A DNA stretch of 64,000 nt, from assembly GCA_023213395.1 (NCBI GenBank), contig CM041465.1, forward strand, positions 205,351,741 through 205,415,740, written 5' to 3'. This DNA comes from Cycas panzhihuaensis (lineage: Eukaryota > Plantae > Cycadophyta). The notes under the pieces were generated by a model. That model searched no databases. It was given only the letters and a program-made list of their open reading frames with translations, and was not told the origin of the DNA. A program made the position numbers and the translations under genes. Positions 14,540 to 25,866 of the stretch are shown in pieces; position 1 is the first letter of the stretch, and each line of letters opens with the position of its first letter.

Positions 14540-17500
14540 ATCACTTTACCATTATGATTGAGACCCTTAAGTTTATTTTGAGGAGGACCATTGCAGACAA
14601 TGGCTCCTCAGTGAACATAATGCCTATTTGAATACTTGAGAAGCTGGGCATTAAGGCTTTTGAGCCCATCCCTTGGAAATTCCAAAGGTATGATAGGAGT
14701 GAGAAGGTGCTTTTAGGGATGATGACTTTGCCTCTCACTTTTGAGGATAAAATCATTCCTACCGGCATCATTATCTTAGGCTTTGATGTTAATTACAACC
14801 TTCTTTTGGGATAACCTTAGTTGGACCAAATAGGAGTAGTCTACTCCTCATTATAGGGGTAAATCCAGTTTGTCCATAAGGGACAAGTTTGAGTTGTGGT
14901 TTGTGAGCCTCCTCCCTCTCGAACCTCACTCCTAACTTGTCAAGCTATATTCGATGCTATAGATGGAGATGATGAACCCCTTGATTCATCCATAGCAACC
15001 TTCTTCAAGAAAGAAGAATCCTACCAAAGAGAATATCCTTCTCTTCCTCAACCAAGACATAGGTAGCTATGGTTACCTTGTTATTTTGAATGACCCTAAG
15101 TTAGGAGATGAGTGATTTGAGCCACTTCCATGGTAGGTGGATTTCCTTACCACCACCTGAGGAGGGGCATCTCATGGGGATGCCCCTCTTCCTTTTAGCC
15201 TAAACCTTTATACTTTAGACTCCTCTTAATCCCATCCAAATTTGGATAAGATCCCATGAGTACACTCATCTTAACCTCACTCTTATTAAGAATCCCCTTT
15301 CTTATAAGCTTGGTTAACTTGCTATGCTTTCTGATTACTACATAACAGACACCTAGACCAACCTAATGATGACTACAGATGTCCATGCCTAATAGGTATA
15401 TTCTTCCTCTCCTTATTTAGGCTTCTATTTAGGGAGAAATTTCATGGCATATTGCTAACAAGTCTACCACATCAAGTCTTAATCCATACTAAGTCACTTC
15501 CCCTCCACCTTGAACCATCAACATGACTTTATGTATATGTAGTTGTTCAACTCTAGTGGTTTTGACCATTGGGCCAAACTGGGACCCCGTGTATATGACT
15601 CAAAGAATGACTCGAAATCTACCTTCTCCTATGATAAATCAATCATGCATGACCCTTACCCCTAAGGGACTCCCTCCTCTACAACGAGGAACCGATCAAT
15701 TTTATAACTCCACTCAAACTCTTCTGAGGAGTCTCCTCATTTTGTGGAGTGGGTAATGGATCAGTATGAGTTCCTACCAAAATCAAACTTACCTCCACCT
15801 CCCATAAGTAAGACCATTTATGGAGTGGATTATTTTGAGAATGATGAAGCCTTACTTAAACACCTAGTAGGTTCATCCCCCAACCTACCTTCAAACTATC
15901 GCAAATTCGGGTTCTAGAAATGCCTTACCATTGGCTCCCCCTTGACCAACCCTAACATGATTGACATTCCTCTTAATCCCTAAATAGATTAAGCCTCTTC
16001 TCATTTTGAAGAGGGAAACATTCGCTATGCTAGAGCAATAAGGGATGTTATCCTTACTCCAAATAAGATCATTAAGATTGGTATAGAGTACTACCCCCAA
16101 GAGGCTAGGGAGTGTACAAAGTTCTTTTAAGAGTTTCAAGATGTAGTTGCATGGGATTACATTGGCATGAAGGGGATTGACCATGATATTGTCACCTACA
16201 ACTTAACTACTATCCCAAGATCTAGGCTTATCTAACAAAAGCAAAGGTCTTTGCATCCTAAACTATTAGCTACTATGAAAATAAAGTTTAAAAAGTTGCA
16301 TAATACCAGCCTTATTACCTCTATAGACTACTCAAAGTGGGTATCTAGCATCATACTACTCATTAAAAAGAATGGGATGATATGAATTTATACAAACTTT
16401 AGGAACATAAATAATGCATGCCCTAAAGATAATTTTCCACTCCTATTCATTGACCAAATCATCGATATAACTACCAATTTCAAGGTTATACCCTTAATGG
16501 ATGATTTCTTAGGGTATAATCAAATTTAAATCTCACCCAAGGACCATCATAAGATGGCTTTCACCACTCCTTAGGGGACGTTCACTTATAATATAGTGCC
16601 TTTTGTCCTTAATAATATTAGCATCAGTTATCAATAGGCCATGCATTTCATCTTCCATAAGCTTATTAAAAAAATCTTGGAGGTCTTTATAGACAATTCA
16701 ATAGGTCTCTCTCGTAAAAGAATTGATCACCCAACTAATCTAAGGAATATCTTCCTCAAATGTTAAAAATATCATGTTAACCTCAACCCACTTAAATACA
16801 TATTTGGCATCACAACCAAGAAACTATTGGGCTTTTGGGTATCATAATAGAGGATCCTAGTCAACCCTGATAAGGTTAAAGCCATAATAGATATGCCTCC
16901 ACTAAAAATCAACAAGCAAATCAAGTCATTTTAAGGAAAGCTTGGTTTCTTGAGAAGATTCTTAGCAAACTTCACTTTGAATATATATCCATTAACAAAC
17001 CACTTAAAAAATAAGATCCCATTCATTTGGTCCTCCAAAGCCTAAGAGGCTTTTTAAAAGCTCAAACAGGTTCTCATTTCTGCCCCTATTTTGGCCCTAC
17101 ATATGTTCGACTAGATATTTATCCTCTATACTTCAATAACCAACGAGTCCATCAACACTATGCTCACCCAAGAAGATGACTCAAAAATTGAGAGAATCAT
17201 TTATTTCATAAGTTGAACACTCATTGAGGTCAAAGTAAACTATCCCCTTATCAAGAAGGAATACCTAGCCTTAGTATTTGTCATAAAGAAATTAAGGCAT
17301 TACCTCCTAGGTAATATAACCCATATGGTCATCTAATTAAATATGCTTCATTATCTCATGATGGGATTAGATTTCACAAGGAAAACTAAAAAATAGGCCA
17401 TCCTCTTACAAGAGTATGACCTCAAAATTATCAACTAAGAATTCAAGAGAAGGATGGTGATTGCTAAGCAACTCGCTCATGTATCCCTTCCTAACTCTTA

Positions 17501-18815
17501 TAATGCCTCAATTGATGACTTCTTGCTATATGAAACGATCTTCATTCTCAAGCAAACTAAGGGATAAAGGTCAATCAATGACACATGGTATAGCGATATT
17601 TTCTGATATTTGACTCTACAAAAGTATTTCCAAAATGCAAGTGAGAAGGTAAAGTTGCATGTAAGGGCAACTGGTCAACAATACTTCTTTATAGAGGACA
17701 TGTTATATAAGAGATCTTTTGAAGGAATCCTCCTTAAATGTATTAGTCTTAACAAAATGAACCAAGTCCTCCATGAGTACCATGATAGCATTTGTGAAGG
17801 CCATTTGGAAGGCCAATCTATTGGTTAAAGGATCTTATGCATGAGATTCCATTAGCCTACCCTATTTAAAGATGCTCATGCCTATGTGTAATGGTGTTGA
17901 AAGTGCCAAGATAACTCCAACATCATTCGCCAACCTTCTAAAGCATTATATACCATAATGTCGCTATGGCCATACTCCTAATAGGGTCTCGATCTTGTTG
18001 GGACTATAACACCCCTAATCTTTGGCCCATCGTAAGTTTATTTTGACTACAATAGTATACTTTACAAAGTGGGTTGAGGCAATTCTCCTTTCCTCCATAA
18101 TAGGAAAGATTATCACTATCTTTATTATTCAACATATCATTTATAGATTCATAATCCTTGATGTCTTAATCATAGATAATGAGACCCCAATTTATAACAA
18201 AGAAATGGATGAGCTTTGTGAGAAGTTTAAAATCTCTTATAAAGCCTCATCCCTTTACTACCCTTAAACCAATGGCTAGATCGAGGCTTTTAATAAGACT
18301 TTGGTTAACATTTTGAAGAAGATGGTGGCCCAATCCCAAAGGGATTGGCACTTGCAACTTTACTTGGTCTTATAGGCCTATCAAATACCTATCAAGATAG
18401 CCACAAGTACGATGCCTTTCTCTTTAGTCTATGGATCCCCTTGAAATAGAGATACCATTCCTACAAGTATCATTCAAAGAGTTTATAGATGAACAATGTT
18501 GGCATTAAACCTATTTATTAGACCTAGAAGCACTCAATGAGAGATGCCTTGCCACTTATCAAGCAAATTAAGCATCGATGGCCAAGACATAAAAGACCCA
18601 CAATAAGCTTATATAGTTGCAACTCTTAGTCCCTAGGGAAAAAGTCCTCAAACTCAAGTATTTACACAATTGATTATTAAAATTTGGTCCTAAATAGTTG
18701 GGCCTATTCATGGTCTTAGAAATCCTAAATAATAGGGCATATTGAATTACTACATTGGAGGGCCTCAAATTTAAGAAGGCTATCAAAAGATAATTACTTA
18801 GGACGTTTTATAGTT
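14540..18815 (+). pseudogene. Tat pol (PR, RT, RNase H, integrase), disrupted
   Basis: Protease IADNGSSVNIMP ~14590; RT FQDVVAWDYIGMKGID ~16135, NNACPKDNFPLLFIDQI ~16410, FIDN ~16686; RH ~17050-17480; integrase (ORFs 17610..17828 and 18022..18267 YFTKWVEA); C-terminal GPF motif ~18700. Confidence 0.93.
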
Positions 18816-18850
18816 GACCTCTTCCTCTCCTAATATAAAGGGATATGCAA

Positions 18851-19410
18851 CTCTAAATTAAGCCCAAACTACCTTTATTTGTGATATTCATTACTCATAT
18901 TGGGGGAATGAAACCACACTACGTTGATTACTCACCTCATCCTTCACCATAGGTTGGGATTCTATCCCATATAGGTACCTAACTTTGAAATGAGCCTAAG
19001 CTACCTTTGTTCATAATGTTCATTGCCTCCACTAGGGGCATGACACCATGCTGCACTGATTATTCACCTCATCCTTTTCCATAGGCAAGGATTCTACTCC
19101 ACATGGGTACCTGTCTCTGAAATGAGCCTAATCTACCTTCATTCATGATGTTCATTACCTCCACTAGGGGCATGACATCACACTATACTAATTGCTCACC
19201 TAATCATTTACCAAAGATAGGGATTCTGTCCCACATGGATACCTAGCTATGAAATGAGCCTAAACTACCTTTGTTTATGATATTCATTATCCCCACTGGT
19301 GGCATGACACCACACTACACTAATTACTCACTTTATCCTTCACCATAGGTAGGGATTTCATCCTATATGGGTACCTAGCTCTAAAATGAGCCTAAACTAC
19401 TTTCATTCAT
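18851..19410 (+). repeat. 132-bp tandem repeat (~4.3 copies) in the Tat 3' region
   Basis: Unit starts (consensus CTCTGAAATGAGCCTAAACTACC) at 18851, 18983, 19115, 19247, 19379. Confidence 0.95.
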
Positions 19411-19534
19411 GGGACTAGGGGCATCTCCCTATGCCATGTCTATCCTCTTATTATAATCCTTTTCCACTATTTGTGCCTCATCTAATAGTATTATACTCTA
19501 TCATGAGTATAAATTGTTAGCCATGAATAATTCA

Positions 19535-19557
19535 TGTATGTGTGTGTGTGTGTGTGT

Positions 19558-19617
<60 letters not shown>
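19535..19617. repeat. Compound microsatellite (TG)n(TA)n(GA)n
   Basis: Directly visible. Confidence 0.97.
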
Positions 19618-19619
<2 letters not shown>

Positions 19620-19809
19620 ACTAAATTTACCAAAAAATACATCCATATTTACTCTTTGAGGTTTCACACCCAAAGGGTGTGATCTTCCTTTATGCTCATA
19701 ATGGCACTCTATACTCCATGATAAGCCTCTCTCCCTTCCCCTATGGGCATCTCCCATGGAGGTATGGGACTCCCTTATGAGTATAAATGGGTAACATAAT
19801 GCATAATGT

Positions 19810-20400
19810 TGTTAGATAATGTGACAACAATGTTTTAGAGGCTAAAATTTTGGCAAGTTGACAGTGCAGTTTCCCCCCTAAACTTCCTCTAAGGGATCTA
19901 AGGGGGGCAAAATCCCCCCTTGGTCAGGGTGTGGAGGGAGGTGCCAGAACGCCCCCCCCCTTCCCTGCAAAGACGGGGTTCAGGGGTGATAACCCCTCAC
20001 CCAAAAATCTAGTATTAAAAAGCATACTAAATTGTGAAGAGAATCAAGGTCGTTCACTCAACATACCCTAGATTCTATGGTCAAGATTTATGCCTTGTAT
20101 GACTCTCTCATATAGCCCTATTTAGGGTGTTTTTTCATTATGTTGACGGTGCTCGATGTATTGGATGTACTATGAGGATTTGGGTGATTGGTTATTGTTG
20201 TTGTGAACATTCTACTATAGATTATGTATATTTTTCCATTCTTTGATAATAAAGATCGATACCTTTCTTGTGTGGATATTTCCCTAGCACACTACTAGGG
20301 TTTTACCACATTATATTAAGTGTATATATGATGCTTTACCTTTCTAATTTATTCATTATATTATCTCTGGTTTAAGAACTTGCATGTTAAATTTCAATTT
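19810..20400 (+). mobile_element. Probable LTR fragment or solo LTR of another family inside the Tat element
   Basis: GC-rich self-complementary block (19870-20000), AATAAA, and GTGGATATTTCCC...GGGTTTTACCACAT, similar to the motif in the 36226-36698 LTR. No clean termini or TSD found. Confidence 0.4.
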
Positions 20401-23400
20401 CAATTCCTATAACTAGTTGCAAAATACTGTAGATCTTGGTGGCAATTTTTAGTTATTAGGACCTAGTTTTCTCAATAAATGTCATACCATGTAAATAAAT
20501 AATAGAATTGTGATCACATTATAGGTGTTATATCAATTATAATGCCATACATAAGAGTGATATCAACTCAATGGTACATAGAAATAAATCATATATCTTA
20601 TAGGGGTATGTAACTGCCTAATTATGCTACATAATATATGATTGTATATCCTTGTAGGTCTAGGTTACCTCTATTAACAAATCCCTAATCCACAATACCA
20701 CCTTAAGGCATGTCATCCCCTCTACGAGCTAGCTTCCTCTCAAGTGTCCAAGTCTTACCACCTAAGCTATACCTCAGATGTTGTGAAGGTCTCACCTCGC
20801 TCTCCTCATCTCTTATACATTGGTGCATAGAAGTTATGGATGTCCTAATATGGTTGCATGTTGATCAAGTCACTATCTAGTCCATGAGGTGGTTATACCG
20901 AGACTAAAGATGCTCTTTCTTTCATCAAATTTCTTTCTTCTCTTGACCAATCATTTCCTTCTACTCTCAAACCTTCTCTAACCAGCCCTAAACCCTCTTG
21001 AGTCTCCTATGCATATGATCTAGGCTGCTGCTCTAAAGACTACCTAAAGAGATACTAATGTAATTGGGGGCATCACCCCCTCTTCTCAACCCTCTAACTC
21101 TCATATCCTCCCCTAGATATCATTTCATTCAACTATATACATCTCCATCACCCTCATTAAAGGGGTAAACATCGTCATATGGGGCGCATCGATGTTGGCT
21201 CCCTATTGTCTATAATGGGAGGTTGTCACTCTACATACACCATGGGGACAATCTCATCTATGACTCAATGAGAAAACTCTATAGTGAAGCCCTTATCTAC
21301 CAAGTAAACATGTCCACAAATCATTCATGATCATATATATATGGAAATCAAACTGAAATATAAAACTTAAAAGATGGACTAACAGGTAAGTGATAGGAGT
21401 AATACCTCCCTAAGTAGCCTTTCCCTATGCTCTAATGGCTATGTGGTTGGCTCTCTCTCCCTCTCTCCCAGCACCATATGCCTCCTCTTCCTTAGCTATG
21501 GTTGCCTCCTGACCCTCACCAATAGCCTCTCTAGTGATTGCTTCCTACTTTGTTATAGCCCCATCTCCCTCCTCACTGCTATCCTAATAGGCACCCTTAT
21601 ATGGATGCCTTATATAGTCATCTAATGTTAACAAATTTAAGGATGTAGCATGCACTGTATAAGGGACCTACTTTGGCTCACCTAGACCTTTTAATCATGT
21701 GGGCCACCTATGTATAAGTGGATCTCCATCTACCACTAGTTGTGGGCTAGTCATAGGCCCTGCTCCATGAAAATGGTCAAAAAAACAACATTGTAACAAT
21801 GTATAATATGAGAATCCTCTATGGCTGGGTACTCAGATTTGATCCATCTATGTTGTGATACTTGCCACTATGAGGGCTACCCTATCTAGTCTCTCACCAC
21901 CCTCACACCATCATACTACATCCATCCATCCCCCAGGGACCTCTTTGTAGTTTTGTTACTAGGATATCTAGAATAGATTAGAAAAAGTAATCAACTTCCT
22001 CAATTGAGGAATATTGAAAGCCATAATCTTCCTCAAGTTATCACCCCTCTGGTCTCATTGCCCTCTACCATAGAAGTAAGCTATTGCTACCCTATGAGTG
22101 TCCTCAACACTCAATAATATACCCAGCTCAGGAGGTGCTCTCCTCACTGGCAACTCCAATAGTCTTCTCACATCCCTGGCAATGATAATGATATTCCCCC
22201 ATACATAGTAAATGGAAGACCTATTGCTATATATCCTAATGGGATACTATGTCCACTAATAGCCCATGATCAGACATATACTATCATGTCATGAACTTAT
22301 AATAATCCATAACACCTCAAAATCTCTTAGTCTCAATTTGTTATTAGTTGGGCAAGACCCAACATTAGTGAACCAATGTTTTTATAATTATCAATGATGA
22401 AAATGACCTGTAAAACCATGCAAAATATCAAATATAGTAGCTTGCCACACACTTGGGCCGATCACATACCCAAAAATGACCTAAACAAGTTGATTTGGGA
22501 GGTATTTGTGAAGAATTTTTTTAGTTTTGTTATTTTTGTTCTGTACCATAAATATTTCTATAGTACCATAAATATATTTATAGTACCACCTAATTATGTG
22601 CAGTATCACTAGGGTTTTCTATATGGATTTCTAGTACTATGAAATATCATAGTACACAACGTTTTTTTAAATAATAAATTAAAAAATTAAAAAACTAAAT
22701 AATTTTGGATGAAAACAATTAGTCCAAAGAGACTAGGGCATCAAATTGCCCTAGTCTAGTCATAAATAGGGCACGATTTAGCCTATGTTTGGATTAATTC
22801 AAAGAAATTAGGGCATGACCGTAACCAAAAATTAAAACATGAATAAAATAAAATAAATTACAATAATCCACTCACCAGGTCAGGTCATACAATATCCATA
22901 GATAAATCTTAGACCCCACGGTCGTGATTCTAATGATTGGTTTACTCCTGGTAATCTTTGGAAGGTCATGTAGTAACTATGCCTAGGTTTTCTTAATAGA
23001 ATTCTTATCTTGAGAACATAAAAATGAAAATAAAAAATAACTATAGAAACCTGATTATATAAACAACCATAACTTAACTATACGTTGCCCAATTTGCCTC
23101 CCATTTGATTCATTGGGATCCTAATCTTGTCAACTTCATTCACACATCCTCGCCATCTATCTCTATTTCCTAGATTTCCTATTTTTGGTCCAAGACTTAG
23201 CTCTTATTGTTATTAATGCACACTATTAATGATTTCATTCACTTAAAGACAAAGCCCTTCTTCACTCCAAGTAACCTATCTCTTTGTATATTAGTGTTTA
23301 TAGTCCATAAGACTGTCTCATAATATTGATCTCATAATTCATACCTATGTTGGCCCCATGCACATTGAGCACTACTTAACTCCCACTCTCTTATCATGCC

Positions 23401-24439
23401 CTATGCTCTACATTACTCTTTAAGACTATCTTTTTATTCATATGATTGCACCTCTAACTTAGTCCTCCACTATTACAACCTTCTTCTAATTATACCATCA
23501 ACTGATAGGTCCTCTATTACTTTTAACATGCTTATTGATTGACCTCTAGGTACCCTTAGCTCCCCCATATCAACATCATTTACATATTATCTTCTCATAG
23601 ATTACTTACCCTCTCATCTTGTGGCTCTACTTCTTAACCTTGCTATTACCCAAATGCCATCCCAATTGACTCATATCTCAAACACAAGCTTGTGGTGTCT
23701 CCTATTTAGTCTCCACTACAATGGGAAGTCCTGGTTCTTTGTGGTCATTGACTTAAGGACCCCATTCCATGCATGTCCCATGATAGGCTCTCAGGGCACT
23801 CACATGACTTATCCTTCACACCCCATAATTTGACCCTCCTAATTTGTTTCTCATGGTTTGGTTGTGCCTTCTATTAAAGCATAGATGATATAGCATGTCT
23901 GCTTAGCTTCCTTATGATTTAATTTACCGCTACACCTACCTCACACCATGTTGGAAATATATACATATGCTACCCAAAGGTAAGAGAGAGAGAGAGAGAG
24001 AGAGAAGAAAAGAAAAAGAAAAAATAAAATAAAATAAACATACACAATGTGTATGTATATGTATGTGTGTGTTTTGATTAGGGAAGCATATCCACCACCA
24101 TCTCCTTGGCATCTGAGGTAAGTTAAGTGACAAGCTCATCCCCACCTATGGTTGGTAGGTTGGATCTAATTAAGTGGACCATTTAGGACCTTTAGATATA
24201 GTTGTGTGGTCTCATTATGATCTTAATCACTATTAAAGCCTATCTAGCATGGCTATAACTTATAACAAGCCTTAGAAGAGGTTATAACATTGGTATATAA
24301 TCACTTTTGAGAACCAAGTCTTGCTTGTCATCTTAGTTAGACTATACACACCTACTTAAGTCCTTATGATGATTGGTTAATTCTTGACATTTCTCTCTAT
24401 TTAATGAGTCTACCCTAAGTCATCCTTACATCTATCCCT

Positions 24440-24830
24440 ATGGCATTGACCACCCATACTAATGGGGTAGCCATAGGGATCTTGAGCCTTTTGCTATAAC
24501 ATGAACCATTCAAGATCTCTTAGGGAACACTCTTATCTATTCTGGAGTATAGCTACCTATTGCCACCAATAACATAGTCTAGTATACTTCTATTATAAAG
24601 GTCTTGATTAATGCCTTACATATCTACCATAGCTCCATTGTGTTATATTATGACTCACAACTTATCATTTCCCAACTCACCCAAGTCTACCAAGTCTATT
24701 ACCTATAGTTGAGATCTCTTTCTGACCATATTAGGTTCTTTTTGGCCTAATTCCCTCTTATCTTTATTTACCACATCCCATAAGGACTTAATACTGAGAC
24801 TAATAGATTAGTGGCCTTCATCCTTGAGCA
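24440..24830 (+). pseudogene. Archaeal-type RNase HI (aRH) domain remnant in the Tat 3' region
   Basis: Frame from 24562: ATNNIV*YTSIIKVLINAL...YDSQLIISQLTQVYQV...YHIP*GLNTETNRLVA, matching the aRH motifs TNNxAEY, DSQLV and HIPRxxNxxADxLA. HTNG (YTDG-like) lies upstream across a frameshift. Missed by the ORF track because of stops. Confidence 0.85.
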
Positions 24831-25866
24831 TTGTTTGCCACTAGTAGGTGACCCTATTATGGCCCAACAGGCCTCCTATTGAGACACATGCATAGGGTGC
24901 AATCCGTCTTAGTCTCATCTCTAAGGGGCACTCACTAAAGAGGCTAAACTATGGTGACAACCCTGAGCACTCTTGACCCATCTTAGAAGTTTAGCTAAGC
25001 TGCCAACTTCCCTTATACTCTAGTGAAAGCCTAAATTGCCACTTATGCTCCAAAATGAGGGTAAGTTACTATGTATATTTATACATACATCTGTATTTGA
25101 CTAGGTTGTAACCTCCCTAAGATGCATTGCCCCTTGACATCCATGACCCTGTCTTTCTTATCATTTCATTGTTATTTCCTTAGTTTGCCTATTTTCTTTT
25201 CATACAAAAACTACTCACAAAATTATAAAAATGATATAAAATCCTAAAATCCTAAAAAAAATTATAAAACCATAAAACTTAAAAAAATTATAAAATAATC
25301 AAAGACTTAAAAGTTATATAAATTCATAGAAATACCAAAAAAATATAGAACACTAAAAAAGCAAAATATAGCTATGAGATAAGCTCAAACAACTCCTCCT
25401 TCAAAAGATAATTGCTAACGAGGTTAAACTATAGTGACCCACTTTAACCATTAAGTCTCTCCCTTAAGTATTTGAGGTATTATTTCACTAATCTGAGGGC
25501 TTAGGGATTTTCAACCTCACTTTAGGCCATGATGCCCATATTATCTCATTGTTAGGGAAATTCCACAACTACTTAACACCCTTACTCATGCTTGCCTAGG
25601 TTCCCTACAACCACTAGCCTACTCGGATCAATCCCGTCACTAATCATTCATCTTGCCTAGCTCGTACACCTCTCACTTAGTTTTCTTAGGAGGCTAAACT
25701 AAGGGCAACACCCTCTAATCATCTGCTAATGAGGTAAAACTATGGTAGACCTAGCCCCTTATTCCACACATACATTGGTTTATTTGTGCATCTCACATTA
25801 TTTGTATTCGCAACATTCACCATCTTCCAACCATAGGTTGAAGAGGCTTTGCTACTAAGGGGGAAG

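Noticed and set aside
18851-19410. CRISPR-like regular array
   Set aside because: Whole units are homologous with no unique spacers; eukaryotic TE context and no cas genes.
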